NCBI GenBank assembly: GCA_964016885.1 | Contig: OZ024740.1 | Span: forward strand, 86,986,001 to 87,050,000 | Direction of reading: 5' to 3' | Source of the DNA: Eledone cirrhosa | Taxonomy: Eukaryota | DNA: 64,000 nucleotides | In this document: one piece after another, positions 14,289-26,985 of the stretch | How the letters are laid out: each line of letters begins with the position of its first letter | Position numbering within the stretch: the stretch's first letter is position 1 | Made by a program: the position numbers and the translations under genes | Notes under the pieces: model-generated | Told to the model about the DNA's origin: nothing | The model's database searches: none | Seen by the model: the letters and a program-made list of their open reading frames with translations, nothing else

Positions 14289-16221
14289 GTGTGTCCCAAG
14301 TTCAATCGGGGGTAACCACAGTAAGTAAGGTACTCAATGATTTCCTTCAAATGAAACAGTTCTAGTCCTGTAAAAGCCATTTCTATATATATATATATAT
14401 ATAAGAAAATTGTCAGGTAATTTCAGAAATCATAACAGGACAATCATTACAGATCTTAGTAGAAGAGAAATATGTTAAATTTATTTGTGAACTATCATAA
14501 TATTGGAAACAGAAGATTAGTTAAAAGGTAGTGGACTTTCGTAAAAATAACTTCAATAGATTCAAATAAACAATGATTTTTAAAGAAATATATCTAACAA
14601 TACCCATATGCTTGATATATTCTGAATTTTCTAACCCAGAGCTATCCAAATGTATTACAAAGGTGACACACATTTTTGAAATAAAATGTATTATGACAGT
14701 TCAATTAAGTTTGGTTAGCAACACAACAATCAATGAAATTAATTACAATTAAGCATCATATCATTTGTCACTAGCCATGTGTTTGCCTGTTCACAAATCT
14801 TCTAGATTTCAAATATATTTCATAACCAGAAACTTGTATCATATCAGTATCAACAGTCATGTGTCTAATTGTATGCAGAGTAGCTACACCTAAAATATAC
14901 TTCACTGTAAGATATTTGAAAACAATGATTAGATTTGACTTAATTTTATGACAAACTCACAAATTATCAGTGTCACTACAGTGTCATAGTACAAATTGGA
15001 AATCTCTGTTGTAGCTCAACTTTAAATGATTCTGATATCAAAAAGATTTCAGTCTACAATGTACAATATTATACTCTTCTTTTCTACACTTATTTTTAAT
15101 GGGTCGTGAGTGTAGAGTCCTTAGCTATGCCTTCCAAAGGATCTTATCAGAAGCAACCATATCAAAATGATCTGGCTCAATACCCAACAACACCAACCAA
15201 ACTTATGGCTGTACTTCTGGGCCTTCTGCCAGTTGGCTTTGCCTGTAAAATCTATCGTGCAATTCTGTCCTTAGACATTCTATACACATCTGTAGTACTG
15301 GAGCTATGATCTCTTGATGTGGAGAAGTAGCAACTCTACATGGAGCAACTCCCTGATCACCAACCTACACATCCTAATCACTCCAAAGATTCTCTGAAGG
15401 AATCTCTATCCTATGGTCATAAATCTTGGGTAATGACAAAGAATATGATCACAAATAAAAGCAGCTGCAATTTTATGCTCAAATGTATTACTTATCAAGT
15501 AATGTGTTGATAGGTTCAATTAATTTTATAAATTATAAAATACTAATCAAATTGCAAATGGCACAAAGGTTGGTTAGGTCATCATCAAATATGTCTGTTA
15601 ATTAAACAGCATATTAACATAGTTGTTAGTTAACCCAAACCTTATTCATGAAAGTGGGTAGAATGAAACTGTTTGGAAGTTTATTGCATGATCTGTACTT
15701 GTAATTCAAAGGGCTGGCATTGTCACAGTGAATCTACCTAAGAATTACATGTGTATGTAGATTACTCAGCCAATTACAATGTTAATTTGACAAGCAGACC
15801 ATTGACTGAACCACTGGATGCTCATCATCAAAACTGTGGAAGGTCCATTTAATTTTTATCCTAAAGTTTGAAAAACATTATATATCAGGAACTATAAGGA
15901 AAACTTTAAGAAATGTAAGACAGAAAAAATATTAGAATGAAAATTATAGAGAGACTACATGATAAATGTCAGTGTTGTTTTTACTTATTTTAATGGCATT
16001 TATTGGTAAGTAGGTAAAAAAAATATGATTGAGTACTTCATCTCATGGTCAGGTGACTTTGGAATAGATTTAAAGGAAATATATCTTGTAGCTAACTGGA
16101 AAAAAATTGGCATGAGAAAAAATTTGAATATAAAAGTTTGAACTTACCTAATTCACATTATATGTAAAACTTTTTTTAAAAATAGATTTTAAAATTATGA
16201 TACTATAAAGACTCAACTTAC

Positions 16222-16407
16222 CAGTAAGCAAATAGACATTTGATCCAGGGCCAACATCAACATATTTATAGTTAGTTGTACCTGTTGGCCGATAACGAAC
16301 TCGAAATGATTGCCTCATGCCTCCATTAAAACCTGGTTGCCAAGTAAGAGTCAAGCTATTGTGTGTTGCATTGACAAACTTAATGTTGTATGGTGGATCA
16401 GGTTTAC
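16222..16407 (-). CDS. Nephrin-like gene: first half of the FN3 domain (SKPDPPYNIKFVNATHNSLTLTWQPGFNGGMRQSFRVRYR..)
   Basis: Acceptor cactag, donor gtaagt, 186 nt, phase 1-1. PDPP..L.W.PGF.GG..Q.F.V.Y is typical of nephrin/Sns-type FN3 domains. Confidence 0.93.
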
Positions 16408-17192
16408 CTAGTGGTTAATATAGAAATAAATACGCAATTTGAAAATTGTTGCAATATAACAAGATTATTTTACTCCTATTTAATATATTAACAAAATGAA
16501 ATCATATTAGTTAAACATGTATGTTAATTTATTATTATTACTATTATTATTTTTAATAAATTAACACAAAAAGTTGAGAGAGAAATCAATTATTCTCTAA
16601 TGGAAAGACTGTACTGAATTATTGATTAAAATCTTGGCTAGCAGCAACAACATTTTTAGCAGATTATCAAATAATATCAATACAGTAATGTTATTTTAGA
16701 TAAGGCAATTGACTATAAATATTAATATTGCTGTTCAGTAGATGCAGTTTTAGTGGCATCTAGCCACCTTAAATTAATGTATATTTATATTGATTATATT
16801 GAAGAACCTCCATGGTAAAATTTGCAAATATAGAATACACTTATGTGCATAGATAGATATTAGTAAGGGAAGCAAAAGTGAAAAAAAATGAAATAAAATA
16901 TATATAAATAAATAAATAAATAAATAAGTAAGTAAAACAGGAACAAAATCACACAAGTGGTTATTAAATTTTGATTTAATTAACAAAACAATTTTTTTTT
17001 AAATTTAAACAATAAAAACATTACTAAACTGTGCTATTACTATTTCTAAAGGAAATAAAATTTACTAAAGTTAATTTGTTTCGCTACCAACAAGATGAGA
17101 TAAATAAAAATTGCAAAAGCCAAATGGTCCGTTATTTTTGCTGGGAGTGGAAGCACACATCAACAGTGGCAAAAGCAGGCAGTATAACTCAC

Positions 17193-17373
17193 TTGTACCA
17201 TCCAATAATATCTCTGATTCAGCTGATCCTTCAACATTTTTAGCCTTACACAAATATTTGCCGTAGTCTTCTTTTGTAACATTGGAAACATCAAGTAAAC
17301 TTGTATAATACACATCACCATCTTTTGTGCTTTTTATGTTGTATTTGTCTGAATTTTCAATTGTAGTACTTCC
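17193..17373 (-). CDS. Nephrin-like gene: C-terminal half of the last Ig domain (GSTTIENSDKY..SLLDVSNVTKEDYGKYLCKAKNVEG..LDGT)
   Basis: Acceptor aaaacag, donor gtgagt, 181 nt, phase 0-1. Contains the D.G.Y.C.A.N..G Ig motif. Confidence 0.93.
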
Positions 17374-17412
17374 CTGTTTTAATAAATAAACAAACAAATA
17401 AATATACGATTA

Positions 17413-18068
17413 CTAGCAGTGGTACCCGGCATCGCACAGGATAAGGTATTTTGGAACGCAGGCCACCAACTGACCTAATCGTGGAAAAAACTGCATGCTT
17501 GGACAATATGTAAAGAAAATAAACCGAATAGTCTGATGGCTGGATAATCTTTATGATTTTCTTCGATGAAGCAGGAAAAATGCAGGTTCTCACCTAATGC
17601 AGGCCATAGGGAATCAAGAAAATGAATTTTTTTTATGTGCATAATATACCTTGAAATTTCGGGAAAATCGGCTAGTCGTAACGCCTCAAAAAAGCCCTTT
17701 TTAGGGCTTTTTTGAGGCGTTAAGTTTTTCACCTAATGTGGGCCCTAGGCCATAAAAAAGTTGGATTTTCTTTGCTCACAGTATGAAGAAGCGACTGACT
17801 AATACATAGTTACAATTTCAAGGAAATCGGTCTGACGTAATGCCTCAAAAAACCCTTAAAAAGCTGAAAAAAAACAGTTTTTCACCTAATGCAGGCCCTA
17901 GGGGATCAAAAAGTTGAATTTGTTGTGCATAACACACCCTGAAATATAAGTAATACAAATGTAAAGTTTGAAAAAAATAAGTTGGGTACTTCTCAAGTTT
18001 TAGGGATTCAAACTCACAGACAGACACACACACACACAGACAGACATCCTCAGTTTTATATATATAGA
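17413..18068 (-). mobile_element. Non-autonomous Helitron-like element with internal ~150-bp repeats
   Basis: Minus-strand 5' end TCTATATATATAAAAC..GTCTGTCTG. 3' end has a GC-rich hairpin (CCTGTGCGATGCCGGG) followed by CTAG|T. The CACCTAATG..GGCC..AGG motif recurs at ~17591, ~17730 and ~17883. Confidence 0.7.
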
Positions 18069-18614
18069 CTAGCAGAAAACCACCCGTGGCGGTTTTCTGC
18101 TAGTCTATATATCTAAAACAGAGAATGTCTGTCTGTCTGTCAGCTCACTAAAACTTGAGAACCATCCAACCGATTGTTTTCAAACTTTAGACATGTAATA
18201 CTTATGGTCCTGTGAGTGTTTTGAGTAAAAATTATTTCAAATTTTCAATGCCCTAGGGACCGCATTAGGCGATTTAGCGTTCTCTCTATATAATTCTTAG
18301 TCTTTCTTTTTAGATAGATACTTAGATATAACGTTGCACCCTTATAATATCTGTCTATGTCTGGCTGTCTGCATTACGTCATTATGACGCGCTCAGCGCG
18401 ATTCCCTCGGCCTCAGTGACCAAAGTCAGTGGAGAGGGGAAGGTAATGTTTCTGTAGCACGTGTTTTAGCGTCTATTCACTCTCTCTCTCTCTCCCTCCC
18501 GCTATCCTCCTCTCGTAGTCTGTCTCTTTCTTTCACTCTCACTCTCTCTCTACGCACGTGTTTCCACTGTCGGACAGACAGACAGAGAAATTGCTGGTTA
18601 TATATCTAAGTAGA
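18069..18614. mobile_element. Helitron-like composite: palindromic double 3' end, a plus-strand 5' end at 18104 and a minus-strand 5' end at 18614
   Basis: CTAG|TC junctions on both strands. 18104-18270 is a diverged inverted relative of 17880-18068. The minus strand reads A|TCTACTTAGATATATAA..TGTCTGTCTG from 18614. Confidence 0.55.
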
Positions 18615-20258
18615 TTATTATTATTATTACATTTTACACAAGGCCAGCAATTTGGAGAAAGGATACAGTCAATTATATCGACCTAAGTACTAAACAGCTA
18701 AAGCTGTTAAATGCTGCAGGCAAAAGAGGCTTGGTGTGGCGCCGGATGGCAGCAGAACCCCTTGGTTCGATAAAGAGGTCAAAGATGTCATCTGAGCAAA
18801 GGCTTACAAAGCTTGGCTTGGAAATAAGCCCTCATTCTTGAACATGCAGTACAAGCAGGCACAAAGAATTGCAACAGAGACAATAATGGCATCCAAAATG
18901 AAAACATGGGAAGATGTTGGGGTTAAGTTGACATGTGACTTCAAATCAGCAAATCAGCAAATAAAGTGTTATACCAATCTCAGTACTTTAGTGATACTTT
19001 ATTTCAGCGACTCAGGAAGGATGGAGGACAAAGTTGACCTCAGTGGGATTTGAACACAGAATGTAAAGGACTAGAATAAATGCCATTTTGTCCAATGCTT
19101 TGACAATTTTGCCAATCTACAGCACCTAATAATAATTGTTTCTAATTTAGGTACAAAGCTTGTAAATTTATTTTGGGGTATAGAGAGAGAAAATCAATTA
19201 TATAAACCCAGTACTTGTCTGTATTTTATTTTATAGACTTCAATGGGGTTTGACCTCAGAATTTATAAAGAGATGGAACATATATATACAGCATTTTGTT
19301 CAATGAATTGTAGATTCTGCCAAACAACCATCCTTAATAATAATAATAATGATGAAAAGAAGGAGGAGGCAAAAACAATAATAAAAACAACAACAAAAAT
19401 AAATAATAAATAAATAAAAAGATACAATGGTAACCAGGTTTAAAAATTAAATCTACTGGTCCAATTTAAGGTCTAAAGAAAATAAATCTTCCCTAGAGGT
19501 GTGGAATTCAAGGAATGTTCTGCAAGTTCCAAGGAAAAATACCATTTTTGTTGGAACAAATAAATACATATACATTTATTATTGTACAATTAAAATAATT
19601 CTATATCATATCTTTCTAAACTATAATTACAAAATGTACAACAAAAATATAATCATCTTTATAGATATATTTCAACATTTTTTTTAAAAAGCATCTTTTG
19701 GTTGCATTGCTATCAACATATCCCAAGAAGATTGTGGACGCTTTGGACACAGGGATAAGTGATTCTTAAATGGTTCTTCAATGGTCATATTTCTATATTT
19801 ACTAGTGATTTGTATGTAACCCTATATCACTGTGAAAACAGTGGTTTTATATAATGTTATGGTAGAAATGTAAAATTATCACTGCATGGAAGAATCATTT
19901 TAGTCATTTAAAAACACTCAAAACTGTTTACTTTATATATATATAATTTATTACCTGCCAAACAAATAATACTCCATTACTGCGAAATTATGAATAAACC
20001 CATCTTAATATACTGTATATATATATATATCGATATAGATATCTATGTATATAACCCATGCTAGCATAGAAAGTGGACGTTAAATGATGACATATACGTA
20101 GATTCTTGAGTTGTGTCAGGGGATAACTAGTTAAAAAAAGTACTCAGGACATTGGTAGAGGATAGACATCTTTATTATATATACATATATATATATATAT
20201 AAATGACTTCTACAAGGCTAGAACTATTCCATTCATATGGAATCATCAGGAATACACT

Positions 20259-20290
<32 letters not shown>

Positions 20291-20472
20291 GTCTTTATTT
20301 AAATGATCAATTAATTCAAGTGTAAGCTGGATTTAAGCACTCAACATTAGTTGTGCAATTCCTACAATTATATGGGTACACATAAGCTGAGACACAATCA
20401 AGCATTGGTATATAAAATGTATATAAACAAAACACTACTTTTTCAGATTTTTATGCCCCAATGTTACCAATA

Positions 20473-20608
20473 TTACGTCCCTTTACGATCTGAGTTCAAA
20501 TCCCACCGAGGTTGACTTTGCCTTTCATCCTTACGGGGTCGATAAAATAAAGTACCAGTAATGCACTGGGTAATTGCTGGCCTTGTGCATAAAGTAGAAA
20601 CAATTATG
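20473..20608 (+). mobile_element. SINE family B, 5'-truncated
   Basis: GAGTTCAAATCCCACCGAGGTTGACTTTGCCTTTCATCC..GTAGAAACAATTAT. Confidence 0.8.
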
Positions 20609-22729
20609 AAATTCTTTTATTTTTCTTTAGCAACCCATCTGACAAAGGCATCTCTGCCTGACTCACATTACATAATGGCCTACACATATCTGGAAATGCA
20701 CATAACAGCAGCTTATTCAATAAAATATGTGAAAAGTCACATCTTTTTATATTCATATATATATATATATATATATGAAAATAATAGGCTGCCCGTTGCA
20801 AATGGTGGGGCATGTGAAAAAGTAGGTCCTTCATCAGTGACCCTCCAACCGTCCCAGGCATTTCATCGCTTTAAGGGCCATATGCCTCAGGTTGGTGCGA
20901 ACAACGGCTAAAAAAAGTCGTTGGGACACGTAAACAAAGGGGACGCCAGGGTAACAAACAAAAAAGTTTAAGCAACGGAAAGTGAGAAGAAATAGACAAG
21001 TCCCAGATCTCTATGAATATAAACTCGGTGAAATCGTGAACAAGAGACAAAAGACCATCAAACCTGGCTGAAATGTGAGCAAGGAAAGAATTTCGCCCAA
21101 GTTTGACGGGGGGGGGAAAAAAGAGAGAAGAAGAAGAAGAAGAAGAAGAAGAAGATAAAGGGGTCTGGTCTACGAATTCGGTAAACATAAGTTTTGTGAA
21201 GTCGCAGACGAAAGAGAGAGAGAAAAAAATTTCCATACCAGCTTGGTCAAGACCGCGCGAGAAAAGAATTACACACAGGTCAAACTTGAAGGAGGAGGAG
21301 GAAAGAGGAGGAGGAAAGAGGAGGAGGAGAGGTATATGAAGAGAGAGAGAGGGGGAAAAGAGAAAGGGGAAATGGGAAAGAGGGACAGAAATGAGAAAGA
21401 GAGAGAGGGAAAGAGGGAGAGTTGTATGACTATGCAGTCAACAGCAGGCAGTGATGAAGACAAGAAGATCTTCAACTAGAGTCAGAGTACCCTCTTCACT
21501 CTTCATGTCCTGTAATGGTTGAAAAGAAATTATTTGATAAAGATTGAATTCATTCCTTGGTTCATGCTTGAAATTAATTTTTAATTAGTTGTTTTTCTTA
21601 ACACAAATTAATCGTCATCATTTTATGTGTACTTCTCTATGAGGCAGTGTTTTATGCATGGATACCCTTTCTGATGCCATGATTACTTCATGACACTCCA
21701 GGCTATAGTCTACCTATTCTAAAAACAGAACATGCACATATTTATGTGTGTGAGAAAGAGAGAGAGAGACAAAAAGAGGTAGCACTGCTGCCATAACAAA
21801 AAGTATCCAATCCACACCTTAAGGTCGTTGTGTTGATGCCATAACAAAAGTACCCAGTCCACTTTGTAAAGTGGTTGTCCTGGTGACACAAAATTATAAA
21901 ACAAACAAAAAAAAACTGCTCCTAATCCACCCTTGTATTTTAAGATTAGAACATGCCTCTTTAATGTATTACACAAAATTATCAAATTCTAGAGCAACTG
22001 AGAGAATATAGATTTTCACTGATTTGGCAATTTAAACATGATAATTTCTATCAAGTTGGCCAAAAGACTTCTTTCAATATATAAGTGTATTGTGCACGAA
22101 ACACACACACAGATAGATTACTGAAACCCATCAAATTTTTAAAGTATCACTGAAAAATTTCATCTCGTATGAAAGGATACCCTAGACAAGCATGACCATA
22201 TTCTAAAGGAAAAGATATAAGGGCTGATATTTTTATGAGTTATAGAATTGAAAAGAAATAGCTAACCAAAATCTGGAAGTAGATTGCAATCTTTACTTTA
22301 TAAAGTGCTTGCTTATTCTTAGTGTTATTTGTCCCCTCTTTATAAATTGAAACCAGGAAGTTTCCAAACTAATTTCCAATGACATAATATAATATACCAA
22401 ATCTATCAAGAACAATACACCATTTAGTTACTAGCAAATGTTACTAAATTATTCAATAACAAAATCAAGTAAATCTATATAACTATTTAATAACAATATA
22501 CGAATGTGTAGGTAGTGAAACTGAATGTAAAACAATAAGAAACTCAATATTTAAACTGTGAATAAACTCGACTGCAAGCAAAAGATAAAGTAAAATAAGA
22601 CTGACAAGAGAATAACATTATACACTTCTTAAATTAACATCAACTTCTCTCCACAGCTTGGTAAATTTTATATATTACAAGACTAGACTATGCTTATATA
22701 ACATCATAATCATTATTTTACATTATATC

Positions 22730-22918
22730 GGGGCGGTGGATTGGCAGTATTGGTAGAGGGTCGGACGCCATGCTTTGACGCATAGAGTTACGGTCCTTGC
22801 CATTCTGAGTTCAAATCCCGCCGAGGTTAACTTTGCCTTTAATCCTTACGGGGGTCGATAAAATAAAGTACCAGTAATGCACTGGGTAATTGCTGGCCTT
22901 GTGCCAAAAGTAGAAACA
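22730..22918 (+). mobile_element. tRNA-derived SINE family B (Meta-domain-like body) with 18-bp TSD
   Basis: A box TGGCAGTATTGG, B box GAGTTCAAATCC, body GCCTTT(C/A)ATCC..GGGGTCGATAAAATAAAGTACC. TSD ATTATTTTACATTATATC at 22712 and 22919. Confidence 0.88.
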
Positions 22919-23399
22919 ATTATTTTACATTATATCTACAATCATGAATCATTACAGTCTGTCCATACACTAAATGTGTGCTCTCTTAGACAGGCCCATG
23001 TCTTGCTTGTGCATTACATTTTTGGGTGCCCAGCTTCTGCAATTGAGTATCCTTTCTATTGCCACCTCATTTACAGTGAATACTGGATGCATTTTATGTG
23101 GCACTATATTACTTCGTCCCTATTAAGACTAAAGATTTCTCACTACTCTACATTGTCTTCATTCTGAGAATATATTTCATTGTCTTTTGAAAATCTCAGG
23201 TTTTCCATATTGTTGTGGAGTAATTCTTGCCAGTTGCTGATCAAATGAAACATTCAATTGGTGTGTTTAGCTATGGCCACCCCACTTTATTGATAGCAGG
23301 TTACATTAAGCCTTATAGTTACACTAAACTACAACTTACAAATAGTTTCAGTGTTGCTAGAACACACACACATATATATATATATATACACATACATAC

Positions 23400-23435
<36 letters not shown>

Positions 23436-26400
23436 CAGACAAATACAGAAATATCTCAATGGGAATATATTTATTCAATCAAGACTGAGTCTGATTCTAA
23501 TGTGTTTAATACAATGGCAAACAATCTTTGGAAATTAATTTCAATAGTTTAGAAATATTTCGGAAGTAAACCAAATCTATGTGTGATATTTCCTTTTGTC
23601 TTAATTATTACAAATTCTTTACATGGATTTCCTATATTCAGACTACATTTTAAAGTGAAGGAGAAGTTTAGTATATACTTTTATAAGACATTCACATCTA
23701 CAAACATTATCAAACAATGATACTATTAATGACCACCTTAATGATCAAATTAAACAATGATACTGTTAATGATCAAATTAAACTCACATTAAACACAGAA
23801 ATAACACAATAAACTGTTAGTTTTTCTATTGTCGTGTCATGCAAGCATGACATTATAAGTGAAGACATGAAGTTTTACTTTGTTCAGAAGATACTTTGTT
23901 TAATGTAGCTAAACAAACATTAGATAATTATTATAAGTAAAGCACCACCAATAAAATGTTGATATACAAGTGTGTATTGTTCTTAACTCAATATATAATC
24001 ATCTATGTAAGGATTCATCAAGTAGGTCTTCACTGGAGTAGTATATTCAAACAAACAGACATAACATTAAGATTACTAACTAAGACTACCAGAAATGTAA
24101 AACTTCATATAACTGTGATATCAATTATTTTAAAGGATTTTATTGCAGTTATTGTTAAGTGGTTAGTTAGGGAGGAAATCAAAACCTTTTTCCTTGGCTT
24201 TTGAGACTGGTGGAAAGGAGGAAGAATATACTCAATCTAGAAATCTAACAAGTGTTTACAACAGCGTGGGCTCTGTTAAAGGCATCTATAGACCAGGTGG
24301 TGGTGTTATACTGGGTGATGGATTAAGTCTCCCAACCAAGAATTAATTCTACTACCCAAGAATTAAGTTTGCCATCAGTGATTTAATTTTACAACCTAAG
24401 ATTAGATTGGTTGCCTTATGCATGGCAAGTGTAACAAGTTAATTAGAGAATTAAAATCTGAACCTAAGAAATATTGCTTAAAAATATAAAATGAAATAGT
24501 TTTGTAAACAGATGATAAATGTTCCAAAAGTGGGAAAGTTATTTTACGATGTTTGCACAGCCAAATTTCATAAAACAAACAATAACATTATTTGTTTCTA
24601 ATTTATTACTCTAATAAATATAATTTATGAGAAGTTTTACCCAACTGTTCATGAGTATTATAATTGAACTAAAAAAATATCATTGTAAACACCAATATCT
24701 AAATAAATCTTTACTACATTTTTGTGTATTAATTATGTACTCTAGAATTATATAATGATACAAATAGTACTCTGAGTAAATTAAAGTGAAAATTCAAATA
24801 TCTATTCATTTTAATATAAACTAAACGTTCAGAAATAAAATGAAAACTGCGTTAATTTTATCATAATTAAAGGTGTTCAAACTCTTTATTTAAAATGAAT
24901 AAAAATGTAGCTCCTTATTAAAATTAAAACTCTGGATATTCTTATCAAAATTTCCAAGTAAACTACTATACAACCACTACAAATACTGCTCAGATAAAAA
25001 CAAAAAGCATGCTATGTATGGAGTTGTGGTAGATAAATCTGGTTATAGTGATGGATAGCAATGATGGTGGTGAAATCATATTTTGGGGCTGAGAGTGGGG
25101 ATACTTGTCTGTTAGTTCTGTGGTTGCTAATGTATGTACTTATATAGGTTATCTACTTGTAAGGATAAAAAATCCAGATATTTTTTATATCCTCTACTTA
25201 AAGTTTTCAGCCAGTTAGTGTTATCAAAAATATTTCATCTTCAAAGTGATTACAATAATGGACTTCCACTGTGAAATATATATAGTTTTCAAAATATCTA
25301 ATTTTTGCAAAACAGAATATTAGAGAGGATTTTCTTTTTATCTATACTTTGAACTGTTAACCCCTGATGAAAAATTAATCTTTAGTATAGAAAAGGATTT
25401 GAAAACCATACACATCTTGAAACTCTGTAGACTGTCTTGTAACTCTTTATTTAAATGTTGACTTTGAGAAGGCAATCTCAGCTATCTTTCAAACTGAAAA
25501 GTTTATTGCTGAGTCAACTGATCTACTCCACTGATACTTTTCAAGAAGCAGCCATCTGATTTATTATGCAATGAATTCTTAAATTTCTAATTAGAGTAAA
25601 AAGTAAATCTAGCCTGATTTGGGAGTCCTCCAACCCATTTCTAGAAGCAGCAATGAAATCTATGCAACCTCTCCTTAAATTTAAAATCAAGGTTAAAATT
25701 AGATCTAAAATGAATTAGCACCACTACATTGATCTATTTCTAGAAACAACAACCCAATTAATGCGAGAACTTCCTTTGAACTTTTGATATGAAATTGACA
25801 TGTCTGCCACAAAACCAATTGCCTCTCGCTTTACATTTTTGTTACCTTTTCTGTTAGATCCAGTCTGAGATCTTACTACACTTCCCATGTGTTTCTTTGC
25901 TTTGGACATCTTCCACTGACAAAACATTATTCTTACCCAATATTCATTAGTTGCCACCTATGTCCACATGAATGCAGTTGCCTCACCTGAATATATTATC
26001 AAAAACCTTTATTGTCAATCTACTCTCTTACTTATCCTCTATCTTTCATGCAAGCTAACATTACATATCAAATAAATGGATTACATTCACCTCTCCCTAG
26101 CCTCCACAAATCTGACACACAATGCCCAAGTCCCACTGCCTTGCAGAAACACAAATAGATTATTGCATCTGTTTGCTATGATAGCTTTTATGCTTTCATT
26201 AAAACCAGCTCCAACTCTAATTAGATCACCCAGACAAGGAATATTAACAATAGAAACTACCAACACCAGTTGGTAGTTTCTATTGTCTAATCAGTTTATA
26301 GGCATTAATTCATGGGTTTTCTAACTTTCTTGTTATTCTCATTTATTCTTCAACTTCTCTGCTTTATGAATTTTGCACTACTGATCTTCCTTTGCTAATT

Positions 26401-26663
26401 TCTCTGCACACACTAAGCTTTTCCACTACTTTCTCTACTTCATGACTTTTACCACATTTACCTCTTCTCAACCTACTCTGCCTTGAAGCTTCTTCAACAC
26501 TGAGCTTTCCCCCAAATTTTCTGCCCCATGGCCACTACAACACTGACATTTTCTTCTATTTCTCTGCCCTGTGGCCTTTGCAGCACCGATTGTACTAAGT
26601 TTCTCTCACTCTTGACTTCTGCAGCACTAATCTTCCCATGACTTCTCCGCCACTAAACTGTGC

Positions 26664-26985
26664 CTAGTCTATCTGTCTTAAGGCTTCTCCAACACAGAGC
26701 CTTCCCTAGTCTATCTGTTTCAAGGCTGCTGCCCAGAGCATTCCCTAGTCTATCTGTCTCAAGGCATCTTCAACACACAGCTTTCCCTAGTCTATCTGTC
26801 TCAAGGCATCTTCAACACACAGCTTTCCCTAGTCTATCTGTCTCAAGGATTCTCCAACACAGAGCTTTCCCTAGTCTATCTGTTTCAAGGCTTCTCCTAT
26901 ACAGAGCTTTCTCTAATCTATCTGTCTCAAAGCTTCTCCAGTATAGAGCTTTCCCTAATCTGTCTATCTGTTTCAAAGCTTTTTC
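26664..26985. repeat. 42-bp minisatellite, ~8 copies, with decayed units on both flanks
   Basis: Unit TTCCCTAGTCTATCTGTCTCAAGGCATCTTCAACACACAGCT. It accounts for the repetitive ORF at 26660-27061. Confidence 0.9.

Noticed and set aside
14325-14385. Hammerhead-like ..ATGA..GAAACAGTTCTAGTC (similar at ~2095 and ~20210-20250)
   Set aside because: Core mutated and no convincing stem II in these copies. At most a decayed Penelope-type end.
20790-21480. GC-richer island and polypurine ORFs
   Set aside because: No diagnostic motifs or termini; likely a repeat fragment plus (GAA)/(GGA) low-complexity sequence.
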